Shown in pieces: positions 1 to 10,515 of a stretch of 41,850 nucleotides of DNA. A model generated the notes under the pieces. The model was not told the origin of the DNA, did not search any database, and was given only the letters and a program-made list of their open reading frames with translations. A program made the translations under genes and the position numbers. Source of the stretch: a virus (Duplodnaviria; Caudoviricetes); IMG/VR virus record IMGVR_UViG_3300033067_001517, positions 1 through 41,850 of that record. The stretch is one strand, 5' to 3'. Within the stretch, counting starts at the first letter, position 1, and every line of letters begins with the position of its first letter.

Positions 1-279
1 GGCATCAACGGCTGGGAGGAGCACACCATTGTGACCGCAGCCATGTTCATCTGCGTGAAGCGCGGAGACGACCACTCCTGGTTCCAGCGTCGCAAGCAGG
101 AGCTAGAGCAGCGCATCCTGACGGCCGCCAGCCGTAGCGTTGGTGAACCGGCCCGCGTGGTCCGCAAGCGTCGCTCCAGGGAGAACGACCGCTACATCGC
201 ATGGAACAATAGCATCAGCTGCTGGGATATCCGTGGCAGCAACGTTGAGCTTTTCTACCGTTACGGCTACAGTCTGTAA
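1..279 (+). CDS. C-terminal part of putative head-tail adaptor / tail tubular protein A (continues from 41437-41850 across the circular junction)
   Basis: Frame 1 is open from base 1 (GINGWEEHTIVTAAMF...) and joins in frame to ...WTTGSESFD at the right end; lies between capsid genes and the large tail gene. Confidence 0.65.
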   Translation, partial: GINGWEEHTIVTAAMFICVKRGDDHSWFQRRKQELEQRILTAASRSVGEPARVVRKRRSRENDRYIAWNNSISCWDIRGSNVELFYRYGYSL

Positions 280-281
280 CC

Positions 282-1145
282 ATGAAGCTGATTACAGCAT
301 CCGGTGTCATTGCCAGGGCAAGAAGGTTCCTTAGCTCACAGGGCTCCGTTGACAACCCTGAGAACGCAAGCCCGGACCAGCTGGCCAAGACCATCAGGCT
401 CATGTCCCAGAGAATCTCTGAGCTTGAAGCCAGGGTTGGCCCTGAGGCCGTGGACTTTGAAGTAAACCTTGGTACCGGAGGGGCCCTCACATCCATCCTT
501 CACCGCTTCTCGTCTCCTGTCCGATGGTGGGTGGTCACATGGCTACAGAAGGGCGGAGTTGCCTATCCGGTGGACAATCCGTCGATTGTGCAGGACGCTA
601 CGTCAACGAACGATATCCTTGTCCTAAGGTCGTACAATGCCGGAAGGGCAATTATCAGGGTTGAGCCCGCCTCGGCAGGCGTGAACCCGGGCGTTACGGT
701 GGCAAGCTCTCCCGATAACGTCAGGCTTGCGCTGGCCAGCAACTTCACCACCACCTCTGTGACTGCTGTTGACACAAACCTAAAGTTCCCGGTGAAGGCC
801 GGGGAGGTGTGGTGGTTTAGCTACGTGGGCGGCGCTGGAGACTCGGCCGTGGGCGGAATGAAGTACGCCATCGGGGCCCCGGTGGGAAGCACCGTTGACG
901 CGTGGCACCTGGGCAGCGGAGCAGTCATCACAACCCGTGTGTATGCACAGTTCCTTGCCATCAACACCCTTGGAAGCGTTGTTCACAACGTTGCTGGAGG
1001 TGAGCGTGATGACAAGATTGAGGGCGTGGTAAAGGTTGCGATTGATGGTAATATCAGCATCCAAGCCGCAACCGTCACTGCCGCAACAACCGCTACTATT
1101 TACGCCAAAAGTAGCCTTATCGCCAACAGAGTGAGTGAAGTCTAA
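282..1145 (+). CDS. Putative virion/tail protein (287 aa, beta-rich Ala/Thr/Val C-terminal half)
   Basis: Long ORF in the structural operon; TAATG overlap with next gene. Confidence 0.55.
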   Translation: MKLITASGVIARARRFLSSQGSVDNPENASPDQLAKTIRLMSQRISELEARVGPEAVDFEVNLGTGGALTSILHRFSSPVRWWVVTWLQKGGVAYPVDNPSIVQDATSTNDILVLRSYNAGRAIIRVEPASAGVNPGVTVASSPDNVRLALASNFTTTSVTAVDTNLKFPVKAGEVWWFSYVGGAGDSAVGGMKYAIGAPVGSTVDAWHLGSGAVITTRVYAQFLAINTLGSVVHNVAGGERDDKIEGVVKVAIDGNISIQAATVTAATTATIYAKSSLIANRVSEV

Positions 1146-4100
1146 TGCCCGCACCCCTTCCGCTTGAGAAGCAGCTACTACACCTGAGCCTTGCGAAGGG
1201 CGTCAACGAGCGTGACAGGCCGGAGACAGCTGACCAGGAGACGTGCTTTACCCGCGTTGAGAACCTGTTCCATGACCAGACCGGAGCCCACGTCAAGCGC
1301 CCGTCGCTGTCCCTTCTTGGTGGAATCACGGTTGATGCTCTTGGTAACGACCTGACTAACCCTGAGATTGTGTTCCCCACCACTGGTGGCGGGCTTGCCA
1401 TGATTGGCAAGAATAGCTCCGTTTACAGATACTCTGCATCTGCTGGCAAGTTTGCGGTTAGCGACGGTCTTGAGTATGCTCCGCACCTTAGCGTTGAATC
1501 TGCGGACTTCGTCGCATCGTCAGCATCCAACGTGTCTTCGGAAGTCTACTCTTCTGCAGCTTCTGACAACCACCTTGCGCTAATCACTAAGACCGGCAAC
1601 TCAGCTTCCGGATTCTCTTCCAACGTTCTGTATCTGTACGACCGAGCCGGGGGCTACCAGGTTGCTTCGTATGAGCTTGGAACTGTGTTCGGCCTCACCG
1701 CTGGAGCCACGGCAGAGAATGCCAAATGTGTCTTCGTCGGAGGTCGGTACCTTGTTGTCTTCGGCTCAAAGTATTTCGTCTCCATCGATACTACCGCAAG
1801 TCTTCCCGCCTCCGCATACGCACTTGGACTGACCAAGGTTGCGTTTACAGCTGGCGTTGTTGATATTCCTGGAACGTACGACGTTGCGGTTAGCTCCACG
1901 CGCGCTTTCGTTTGCTACTCCGTCGCTGGCGCCTACTACGCCACTGCGGTCACCGCATCAACATCCACCGTCAACGAAACGCTTGCCATTCCAGGCGCAG
2001 GCCCTGGTCAGACATTCATCTGTGCATGCGGGACCAATCTGTGGTTTACGTCAAATCTCGGCCTTGATGTAGGCGCGGTTAGCCTTGCCGACCTATCCGT
2101 CTCAACCGTAGCAAGCGCGGCCCACGGAGCTAGCGCAGTTACAGCGTTCTCTGTAATCTCAGGGTTCGTCGTCATCGTGCTTCGCAGCACCCCTGCGCTT
2201 GGCGGAACCACCACCACCAGGCTATCTGTGTGGATTGGCAACGCAGTTGACACTGCGGCTTGCACGCTGTCATTCAGCATGGATGGTTGGGAGCTTGCCT
2301 CACACCCCATCGGAGCGGCCGGCTCCTACACCACCAGGGATGATATTTTCCTACATGTAACCAAGGCGGTTAGCGGAGAGCTTGCTACGCACGCAATTGC
2401 GCAGCTGTCCCTGTTCAACGCTGCGGTTGCCGACGCACAGTCGCACAACGTGGCGCGCCTTGGGGCCGTCCTGGAGCCGTACAACGGAGTCTCACGCATC
2501 GCAGCTACGTCGTCCACTCTAACCCGCTACCTATGCACAGACTCTACACATCGCAACTTCTTCCCGGTGGTTCCCGTCAGAATCACACAGAGGAGCTGTG
2601 GGTTCGCTATGTACGACGTACGCTCCAGGAGGCACTCCAACTCCGGTGTTGCATCATTTGGTGGGTCAGACTACATCACCGGAGGCGCGTGCTCGGTCTC
2701 TGCCGGCGACCAGATGGCGGAGGCCGGGTTCTGTGACAAGCCCATTATGACGGCAGCCCAGAATGCGGCCGGGGCCATTGCCATCGGAACATATTCGTAC
2801 CTGGCCGTGTATCGGTACGTTGACCAGAAGTCCTGCGTGGCATACAGCCAGGTTTCTGACCTAAAGAGCGTTGCGGTTACGGGAGGCACCAAGAAGGTTG
2901 ATGCCTACATCGTTCCTTGCAACCTGAGCAACAAGATTGACGCATCCGGAGGGTTTACCCCCGGGCTTGTTACGGAGCTTTACCGGACCACTTCGGGTGG
3001 TACCACGTACTACCTTGTGGCCTCTTCTCAGGTTGGTACGCCCCTATCTGGTCTTCTGACCCAGCCGCTTGTGCTGCAGGCCAGCAAGTTCCTGCTTGTG
3101 TCCGACAACCTAACGGACGCCCAGATTGCCGTTCAGCCGCAGCTGTACAGGCAGCCCGGAACCCCCAACACATCCCTTGACCGTTATGTTCCCCCTTGCG
3201 GCAACATCATCGTCCAGCACAAGGACCGGCTGTTCATTGCCGACCCGTACGGGAACGGCGTTTACTACTCATCCTTCTTTGTTGATGGTGAGCAGGCGTG
3301 GTTCAATCCTGCGTTCTCGTTCAGGGTACACGGAGGAAACGGGCCTATCACCGGGATGGCGTCCGTAGACGGACGACTTGTCATCTTCAAGAAGGACGCA
3401 ATATTCATTGTGGACGGTGACGGACCTAGCGAGGGTGGTCCGTCAGGAAACGAGTTCAGCCCTCCGCAAAGACTGGCTACTGGATACGGATGTATCAGTC
3501 ACAAGAGCATTGCGGTTACCACTGAGGGAGTAGTCTATCGCTCCACGCGCGGAGTTGAGATTCTCACCCGCTCCATGCAGGTGAAGTGGGTCGGAGACAG
3601 GGTTCAGAATACGGTTGATACCAACCCGTACACCGTATCCACCGCGCTGGACTCGTTTGGTCGCGTACACATGCTGCTTGCCAGCGCTGACCCGGTTACC
3701 GGAACGATGACCGGAAAGACGGGGGCTACCGTTGTGTGGGACATGTCTTCCGACTCCTGGTCGGTGGATAAGTACAGCTGCGATGGGGCCGTTTACGGAC
3801 GCTCTCCGCAGTCCGCATGCAGGGCCAACATCGGTGGCCTTGGGGACATCATTGTCTACGCCGACCCTGTTCTTGGGGTCATGTACGGCGATGAGGCTTC
3901 GGGCGTGGACATTGCCGCCTACGTACCCACCGTGATTGAGACTTCCTGGATTCGTACCGGCCAGCAGGCTCGGCAGCGCATCACGGACGCGTACTTCCTT
4001 GCCAAGAAGGTGGGCAACCACGCGGTGAAAATCAGTGCCGCGTACGACTACAACGACATCTACACCGAGTACGTCGTTTGGGAGCCTAACGTAATCAATA

Positions 4101-5275
4101 CGCTTACGATTGAGGAGCTTGTACTACAGCTCTCCAAGCCGCAGAGCCTTGCTTTCCGCATCAAGATTGAGGAGCAGGCACCTGCTGATACGGGCTCGTA
4201 CCCGGTAGGTACGGGGCTTGGCATGGCGTACCTTGGCGTCACCTTCCAGGTCATGCCTATGGTTGGTGCGCCACACGTTTCCGCAGGCTCAAGGGTTGGC
4301 GGAGGTGGCACGGCTTATCCTGAGCCCCTTGTATCAGGCGTGTGCGACGCCACTGGTAGCGAGGCCGGAGGTGTGTCTGTCAGGGTTCTTGGCCGTGGTT
4401 TCACCGGGGCTACCGGGGTCACCTTCGGGACCACTGCGGCCACCTCCGTGGTAGTTGTTAGCGACTACGAAATCACATGCGTAACTCCTGCCCATGCGGC
4501 TGGTTCGGTGTCCGTAACCGTCACCGGCCCTGGCGGCTCCTACTCCGCCCCAGCAGCGTACACGTTCACCTCTTCTGCATTCGCCGGCATCGCAAGCCTG
4601 AACCTGGAGCTTTGGTTCAGGAACTTTGCAATGGTTGGCGGAGAGTGGGCTGGAACTGCTAGCGCTGGCAGGTCTGGAACGGCAGTCATGGTCACCACGG
4701 GTGCGGACCCTGTCGGCTCCACCCTGAATGGTCATGCTACCGCCGCGTTCGGTGGCACTTCTCACCTGAAGCTGGCTGCGTTCACTGGTGGAACTACGGT
4801 CGGTGGGGCTGCGCTTATGGCTCGCCCGGCGTGCCACTTCCAGATTCTTCTGAAGGTGCCGGTGCTGTCGGCTCCATCCGGGACGGTGTACGCGGACCCT
4901 GCGGTGTTTGATTGGGCCTCGTACGGTGGCCTCACCATCACCAGCGCTGGAGCGGTCTTCACTATCTACGACAACTCTGTCCCCGGGTACAAGTCCACCG
5001 CTGCGGTAGCCGTGGTGGCTGGAACGTGGATTCTACTTCGCGGCGGGTACGACGGGCAGAAGGTGTACCTAACCGCAGATTCAGCCGCGTACCCTGCGGG
5101 AGTTAGCTCTGCCAACACCACATACGGTGTCTGCAACGTCGGAAGCAACTACGACGGTACGGCCAAGATGGACATGGAGCTTGCTGAGTTCATCGTGTCC
5201 GGTACGTGGTTCACAGCCGCAGAAGAGGCCGGAATCAAGGCAGAACTGAACGCCAGGTACGCACTGGCGCTGTAG
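1145..5275 (+). CDS. Large tail protein (tail tubular B / nozzle-like) with C-terminal IPT/TIG domain and lectin/LamG-like domain
   Basis: 1376 aa; propeller-like segments (HKDRLFIADP, VDGRLVIFKKDAIF, GCISHKSI); TIG-like GGVSVRVLGRGFTGATGVTFG...ITCVTPAHAAGSVSVTVT at ~4320-4570; position after adaptor. Confidence 0.65.
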   Translation: MPAPLPLEKQLLHLSLAKGVNERDRPETADQETCFTRVENLFHDQTGAHVKRPSLSLLGGITVDALGNDLTNPEIVFPTTGGGLAMIGKNSSVYRYSASAGKFAVSDGLEYAPHLSVESADFVASSASNVSSEVYSSAASDNHLALITKTGNSASGFSSNVLYLYDRAGGYQVASYELGTVFGLTAGATAENAKCVFVGGRYLVVFGSKYFVSIDTTASLPASAYALGLTKVAFTAGVVDIPGTYDVAVSSTRAFVCYSVAGAYYATAVTASTSTVNETLAIPGAGPGQTFICACGTNLWFTSNLGLDVGAVSLADLSVSTVASAAHGASAVTAFSVISGFVVIVLRSTPALGGTTTTRLSVWIGNAVDTAACTLSFSMDGWELASHPIGAAGSYTTRDDIFLHVTKAVSGELATHAIAQLSLFNAAVADAQSHNVARLGAVLEPYNGVSRIAATSSTLTRYLCTDSTHRNFFPVVPVRITQRSCGFAMYDVRSRRHSNSGVASFGGSDYITGGACSVSAGDQMAEAGFCDKPIMTAAQNAAGAIAIGTYSYLAVYRYVDQKSCVAYSQVSDLKSVAVTGGTKKVDAYIVPCNLSNKIDASGGFTPGLVTELYRTTSGGTTYYLVASSQVGTPLSGLLTQPLVLQASKFLLVSDNLTDAQIAVQPQLYRQPGTPNTSLDRYVPPCGNIIVQHKDRLFIADPYGNGVYYSSFFVDGEQAWFNPAFSFRVHGGNGPITGMASVDGRLVIFKKDAIFIVDGDGPSEGGPSGNEFSPPQRLATGYGCISHKSIAVTTEGVVYRSTRGVEILTRSMQVKWVGDRVQNTVDTNPYTVSTALDSFGRVHMLLASADPVTGTMTGKTGATVVWDMSSDSWSVDKYSCDGAVYGRSPQSACRANIGGLGDIIVYADPVLGVMYGDEASGVDIAAYVPTVIETSWIRTGQQARQRITDAYFLAKKVGNHAVKISAAYDYNDIYTEYVVWEPNVINTLTIEELVLQLSKPQSLAFRIKIEEQAPADTGSYPVGTGLGMAYLGVTFQVMPMVGAPHVSAGSRVGGGGTAYPEPLVSGVCDATGSEAGGVSVRVLGRGFTGATGVTFGTTAATSVVVVSDYEITCVTPAHAAGSVSVTVTGPGGSYSAPAAYTFTSSAFAGIASLNLELWFRNFAMVGGEWAGTASAGRSGTAVMVTTGADPVGSTLNGHATAAFGGTSHLKLAAFTGGTTVGGAALMARPACHFQILLKVPVLSAPSGTVYADPAVFDWASYGGLTITSAGAVFTIYDNSVPGYKSTAAVAVVAGTWILLRGGYDGQKVYLTADSAAYPAGVSSANTTYGVCNVGSNYDGTAKMDMELAEFIVSGTWFTAAEEAGIKAELNARYALAL

Positions 5276-5310
5276 ACCAATAACTGCTATGAATTCGACT
5301 GGAGTGAAGC

Positions 5311-6084
5311 ATGGCCGACGTTACAATTAGAGTACCTGATGCAGCCAAGTACGGCCGTTCGGCCAATGGTTCCATTGGTGCGCGCGATGCGTGGTGGCAG
5401 CGGTCTGACGCCCAGCAGGGTCAGCGGGACGCCATCGGCAGCGCCATGGGCTCCGCCCAGAAGCAGGCTGTCACTGGTCCCGTTGGGGCCGAGCAGGACC
5501 CCCGCCTAGCGAACAACGCATCTTCCGGTGCCATGGGCCACCAGCCCGGCGCAACGGGCCTGGCGGGCTCCCTAGCGGCAGGAACGCGCCCTTCCGTGGC
5601 GGCCTACCAGCTTCAGAGTGGTCTGAACGATGCCACCCGCCAGCAGCAGTCTATTGGGCGCAGTGCCCGTGGTGCGGCGGCTATCGCCAATGCGGGCGGC
5701 AACACCCAGGGGAACGTCACCAGTCTTCGCCAGAACGCGTATCTACAGGGTGGAGCGCTAAAGGCTGCCGATATGGCTCAGGGGCGCGGCCTTTACGGCA
5801 GCATCCTAGGCCAGCAGCGTGAGCAGAACGCGGCGCAGCTTGGCATGGGCAACGAGATGGCCCAGGGCAACGCCGTCAACGCGGACAAGTTCAAGCTTGG
5901 CATGGGCGGTGCAGCGGTTGGTCTTGGCCAGGTTGGCGTCCAGCAGCAGGGCACGGTCCTTGGTGACTATCAGCAGGGCATGAACCCGGTAAACGCGCAA
6001 ACTCAGGCGGAGCAGGCTCACCAGCTATGGCTGGCTCAGGCCCGCAAGCAGGCAGCTGCTGACAACACCCAGGAGAACACGTAA
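5311..6084 (+). CDS. Putative internal virion/ejection protein (Ala/Gly/Gln-rich)
   Basis: GGAG RBS upstream; composition and position typical of podovirus ejection proteins. Confidence 0.5.
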   Translation: MADVTIRVPDAAKYGRSANGSIGARDAWWQRSDAQQGQRDAIGSAMGSAQKQAVTGPVGAEQDPRLANNASSGAMGHQPGATGLAGSLAAGTRPSVAAYQLQSGLNDATRQQQSIGRSARGAAAIANAGGNTQGNVTSLRQNAYLQGGALKAADMAQGRGLYGSILGQQREQNAAQLGMGNEMAQGNAVNADKFKLGMGGAAVGLGQVGVQQQGTVLGDYQQGMNPVNAQTQAEQAHQLWLAQARKQAAADNTQENT

Positions 6085-7203
6085 ATGGCAGACCCCTTTC
6101 ATGCGGCCATTGAGGCTGCCAAGAGGCGCGCGGCGCAGGATGCTGCCGACAGGCAGCTACCTTCGGCTGACTCGGCCGCTGGAAAGGCTGCGTATAACCC
6201 CCCTGCGGGCGCCATGGACCCCAACGACCAGTACAGCAAGGCCGCTGCGGCAAAGCAGGCAGCCAATCGCGTTGCTGTTACCGGAGACACCCACTCCGAC
6301 TTCGTCAACCCGGGCTCCGCCGATTACGGTGGTGGCCCGGATATGCGCCACGCCTACGAGGAGGTGGCGGCAGACCATATTACCGACAACGACGCCCAGC
6401 AGGCTTCCAACGCTGGCGCGCTAGCGACTAGTCTTGCCAACATGAAGGGCAACCGTGGCCCTCAGGCGGTGGAGAACGCTGCGCTTTCCAGCCGTGAGGC
6501 GGCCACGCGCGGCGAACAGGGCAAGATGCTTGACCTGTCCATGCGAGCCGCTATGGGACAGGCTCCGTCTGAAGCTGCGTATAACCAGAAGCTTGCCATG
6601 AACAAGATTGGCTCAGGTCTTGCAGGGATGCAGGGTCAGGCCAAGGGCCTTGCTGGTCTAGGTGCGGCCCAGATTACCGGTGGTGCGCAGGCCGGTGAGC
6701 TTGCTGGCGAAGAGGCCTTCAAGGGCGGCATGGGCCGGTCCAAGGAGATTGGCAACGCCATCGGCATGTACGGCTCTCAGGCCGGTCAGGTGCGCGGTCA
6801 GGACCTCACCCGTCTTGGCATGAGCAACCAGAACCAGCTGTTCAACACGGGCCTGAACAACGAGTGGAAGGTCGGCAACGCCAACCTTGCCGCTGCTCAG
6901 GGCGGGCTTGGCGTGAGCCAGGACCAGATGGACCAGCAGTGGTTCGGTGAGTACATGAAGCCCACCGACATTCAGTTCCAGCTGGACCAGGAAATGGCGG
7001 CCCAGGAGGCTGGTGCCAACCTTGACACAGCTGCGGCTGCAAAGGCGAAGGACAACGCCAATCGCCAGAACACGCAGGCTGTCGTTGGCGGCATTACCCA
7101 GGCTGGCCTCACGGCAGTAGGTTCTCTTGCTGGCCCCGCTGGTGCGGCGGCTGGTGGCATGGCCGGTACGGCAATCAACTCTGCAACGAAGAAGTATTAC
7201 TAA
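6085..7203 (+). CDS. Putative internal virion/ejection protein, paralogous to 5311-6084
   Basis: Ala/Gly/Gln-rich; C-terminal GSLAGPAGAAAGGMAGTAI glycine-zipper-like segment. Confidence 0.5.
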   Translation: MADPFHAAIEAAKRRAAQDAADRQLPSADSAAGKAAYNPPAGAMDPNDQYSKAAAAKQAANRVAVTGDTHSDFVNPGSADYGGGPDMRHAYEEVAADHITDNDAQQASNAGALATSLANMKGNRGPQAVENAALSSREAATRGEQGKMLDLSMRAAMGQAPSEAAYNQKLAMNKIGSGLAGMQGQAKGLAGLGAAQITGGAQAGELAGEEAFKGGMGRSKEIGNAIGMYGSQAGQVRGQDLTRLGMSNQNQLFNTGLNNEWKVGNANLAAAQGGLGVSQDQMDQQWFGEYMKPTDIQFQLDQEMAAQEAGANLDTAAAAKAKDNANRQNTQAVVGGITQAGLTAVGSLAGPAGAAAGGMAGTAINSATKKYY

Positions 7204-7994
7204 TGGCTGACTATCGCGGCGGTGACGCAGGACGTTCGGGCGCCTCCCAGGCAGCCGTTCACAACATTTCTACCGGCAACACTCCGGGCGAGCGCGCTCG
7301 CCAGCTGAGGCAGAAGCTTATTCAGGGCGTTGCTGAGGCGGGGCTCACGGGTCTTGCCGGGTACATCAACGGAGAGGTTGGTAAGGACCAGGAGAACAGC
7401 GCCAAGCGCAAGATTATGGCCTCCGCCATCGCCAACGCCAAGAAGGCTTCGGCTCAGCAGCAGGGTCAGATGCGTGACGTGCGCAATAGCTACCCCGGTG
7501 GAGCGGAGGGTCCCCAGGCTCCTGAGAACTACGGCTACACTCCCAAGGGCGGGTTCAGCGGTCCATACCAGGGCTACGGCACTAAGAGTGTGGAGGAAGC
7601 GGGCAAGGCTGGTCTTGACCAGGACAACACCAACAAGACCGCCGCAGGCGCTCCGGTCACGTGGGGCAGCACTAAGCAGTACACGTCTGCCGGCATGGAC
7701 GACCACGCCGCTAACAGTGAGATTGCTGGCCAGGACCACGCCTACCTGAAGAACCTCTCCAAGAGCGGACAGGAGATGCTAGACCAAGTGAACGCCAATA
7801 AGAGCATGCTTCTTGGCGGACCCAGCGTTGGTGGCAGCCCCGGCAACTCTGGTAGTGACATTTCCCACGATAACCCCTATAACATCCCCACTGACGGTCC
7901 CGCTGTCAATCCGGAGCTTGGAAATACTTCCACCGGGTGGGCCCCCACTGACGAAGAACTGTCTGGCATGGGCCAGTCCAAGCGAGGTTTCTAA
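7203..7994 (+). CDS. Hypothetical virion-associated protein
   Basis: 263 aa ORF coupled by TAATG overlaps on both sides. Confidence 0.5.
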   Translation: MADYRGGDAGRSGASQAAVHNISTGNTPGERARQLRQKLIQGVAEAGLTGLAGYINGEVGKDQENSAKRKIMASAIANAKKASAQQQGQMRDVRNSYPGGAEGPQAPENYGYTPKGGFSGPYQGYGTKSVEEAGKAGLDQDNTNKTAAGAPVTWGSTKQYTSAGMDDHAANSEIAGQDHAYLKNLSKSGQEMLDQVNANKSMLLGGPSVGGSPGNSGSDISHDNPYNIPTDGPAVNPELGNTSTGWAPTDEELSGMGQSKRGF

Positions 7995-8392
7995 TGGGTC
8001 TCATGGGTACCAGTTCCGCTCGTCGGAGGTCGCTACAGCAGGCTCCAGCTGCTTCACCGGCACCGTCTTTCTCTATCGGCCCCACGGGCCAGATGCAGGC
8101 CCACCCGCAGGCTCCTGCGCCCGTACCGCAGGTATCTGCCGTAAGGTGGCAGCCCGGCACCTCTGAGCAGTCAAGCGGTTCGATGTATGTGCCCCAGGCG
8201 GGTGGAATGAGTCAGACCAAGCAGAACGTGAATGGCAGGCCCTCCCCGTTTAGCATCCCCGATGCCGGTGGAGTTGTTCCCGGAGCCCCGGCAGGTAACG
8301 CTGTTGCTGCCGCTGGTGGCCAGCAGATGCCCGCCTTTGACCCCAATGACCCCAACAACGCCGCTCTAATCGGCTACCAGAACGCACGATAA
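7994..8392 (+). CDS. Hypothetical Pro/Gln/Ala-rich protein
   Basis: 132 aa ORF coupled by TAATG overlaps. Confidence 0.5.
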   Translation: MGLMGTSSARRRSLQQAPAASPAPSFSIGPTGQMQAHPQAPAPVPQVSAVRWQPGTSEQSSGSMYVPQAGGMSQTKQNVNGRPSPFSIPDAGGVVPGAPAGNAVAAAGGQQMPAFDPNDPNNAALIGYQNAR

Positions 8393-10515
8393 TGGCATTC
8401 GACGCACAGGGAAACTGGATTCCGGACCCCGCTCCTGCCCCCGCTCCCGCAGCGCCGGCTGATGATGGTCTTCTTACGCGCGTTGTGGGCCCTGAGATGG
8501 CCGCGCGCCTAGGCACCATTGCGCCCTCCAAGGAGGTCGTTGGTCAGGCCCTTGGCCCCGCAATCTCAGGCAAGCTGAATCAGGTCATTCCTGCCGGCAT
8601 TCCGTCTACGCCCGCAGCGCCGGGCCCGGCAGATGCGGGCACTGACCCAAGCATGCACCCTGGTGCGGACCCCAACTTTGACTTCAAGTCTCAGTTTGGG
8701 GACGAGGTTGAGCGCAGGGCAGAGTCAACTGCTAAGATGTTCAGGTACGGACAGCAGGGCGGGGCCAAGGGTCCTGCCGGCACCGCTATCAACGAGTACG
8801 AGAACGCCAACACTATCGGCGGGCCTGAGGAGTTCAAAAACACCTTCAAGGAGGGCCCCAAGAAGATTGGTGACCTTCAGCGCGAAATCGGTAAGCTGGA
8901 GTCTGACGCCCACAAGAATCTGGCCCAGGCGTATGAGGACCAGGCTCAGAAGGATACCATTCAGTCCGCGCAGATTGCCTCCCGCAAGCAGGAGGACAAC
9001 CAGCAGCTTCAGATGAAGCAGCGGGACCTGGACGAGAAGACCGTTCAATACACGAACGACCTGGCGAACCAGAATAAGTTCTGGCAGAACCCGGGCAACA
9101 TCGTGTCGGCAATTGCATACAGCCTGATGAGCGTGTTCTCCAGTGACCCCGCGATTGGCGCCAAGCTAATCAACCAGGCCATTGACCGGGACATGAACAA
9201 CCGCAAGGACCTTGCGAACATGCATCTTGGTGAGCTTCGCAGCAACATCGGGACGTACCGAAAGCTTGCGGAGGACCGCCAGGCCGGAGACCTTCTTGCT
9301 CAGTCCGAGGCCCACCGCATTGCGGCCATGCAGATTCGCGCCATTGGCGAGCGTCTCCAGTCGCCCATTGCGCTGAAAAACTCTGAGCTTGCGGCCCAGG
9401 ACCAGGAGACCAAGTCTGCCGCGTTCCGTGCCCAGGCCTACAACCACTACCTGTACAACAAGCCCCAGGTTGTGGACCCGCGCCTTGCTGCGTTTGCAAA
9501 GCAGCACCAGAGGGGCATCCCCGAAGGGTGGACCGGTTACGACCTGCCCAAGGATGCGGTCGGAGCGGTCAAGTCCGTCGTCCAGGGAGCAGGTCCCTCC
9601 ACGGCCCATGCTGCCCCTGTCCCCGGACAGGAGCCCATCAGTAAGCGCCTTGCGACCATGCCGGCAGCCCAGCACGCGGCGCTCATTATGAGCCCCGGGG
9701 AAGTTGCCAAGCAGGGTCTTGACGGTGACCTTGCTAAGGGCGACCTTGCCCAAATGGCGGGAGAGGTCATCACTGCCCGTGCCCGTGCCCTTGCCGGGGA
9801 CCCCAATGCGCCCGGATACCAGGCCAAGGTGAACGAGCACATCAACAAGATGCAGATTGCTGCCGACGCCGGAGTGGGCGAAATCGGCAAGCAGGCCATG
9901 CCGTTCCAGGTTGGCCTTACCGTCACCAACCGACTCCAGCGTGACATGAACATCATCCAGTCCGAGTGCAAGGCCATGGGCATCAGCCCGGACGACTTCC
10001 TTGGCGACCTGCGCACGCTTACCGGTGGCCCACTGGCCAGCAAAATCAACGACCTTCGCCTTCGCTATGGTGGCGCGGCCAACGTGTCTGAGCAGGCCAG
10101 CAGGCGCATGCTACAGGCGTCGGAGCGGTTCCATCAGGCGCTCAACTCCCAGATTGTGGGCTACTACCATGACATGGCAGGCGCTGCCCAGAACAAGGCC
10201 GAGCTTGATAACCTTGGGCAGGTCATCAGCCGCACGGCTCGCTGGGACCATATCAACCAGTACATCCAGCAGCAGTCCACCAACTACGCTGCCCAGATGA
10301 AGGGTGCAATCCGCACCTCTCCCGACCCCTATTCGTCCATCCTGTACATGAGTATGTACGGCAACGGCGACCAGGCTCCGCTCATTGACCCGGGCGTTGC
10401 CAAGCCGAAACTTGCCCCGGTGAAGGCTCCGTCGCTGTATGATGATGACCCGAACAAGCCCAAGGCGGTGAACAAGCTTCTCACCGACAGGGTCCAGCGT
10501 GGAGACAAGCAGTAG
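8392..10515 (+). CDS. Putative internal virion/ejection protein (707 aa, helical/coiled-coil)
   Basis: Long ORF in coupled structural operon. Confidence 0.55.
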   Translation: MAFDAQGNWIPDPAPAPAPAAPADDGLLTRVVGPEMAARLGTIAPSKEVVGQALGPAISGKLNQVIPAGIPSTPAAPGPADAGTDPSMHPGADPNFDFKSQFGDEVERRAESTAKMFRYGQQGGAKGPAGTAINEYENANTIGGPEEFKNTFKEGPKKIGDLQREIGKLESDAHKNLAQAYEDQAQKDTIQSAQIASRKQEDNQQLQMKQRDLDEKTVQYTNDLANQNKFWQNPGNIVSAIAYSLMSVFSSDPAIGAKLINQAIDRDMNNRKDLANMHLGELRSNIGTYRKLAEDRQAGDLLAQSEAHRIAAMQIRAIGERLQSPIALKNSELAAQDQETKSAAFRAQAYNHYLYNKPQVVDPRLAAFAKQHQRGIPEGWTGYDLPKDAVGAVKSVVQGAGPSTAHAAPVPGQEPISKRLATMPAAQHAALIMSPGEVAKQGLDGDLAKGDLAQMAGEVITARARALAGDPNAPGYQAKVNEHINKMQIAADAGVGEIGKQAMPFQVGLTVTNRLQRDMNIIQSECKAMGISPDDFLGDLRTLTGGPLASKINDLRLRYGGAANVSEQASRRMLQASERFHQALNSQIVGYYHDMAGAAQNKAELDNLGQVISRTARWDHINQYIQQQSTNYAAQMKGAIRTSPDPYSSILYMSMYGNGDQAPLIDPGVAKPKLAPVKAPSLYDDDPNKPKAVNKLLTDRVQRGDKQ

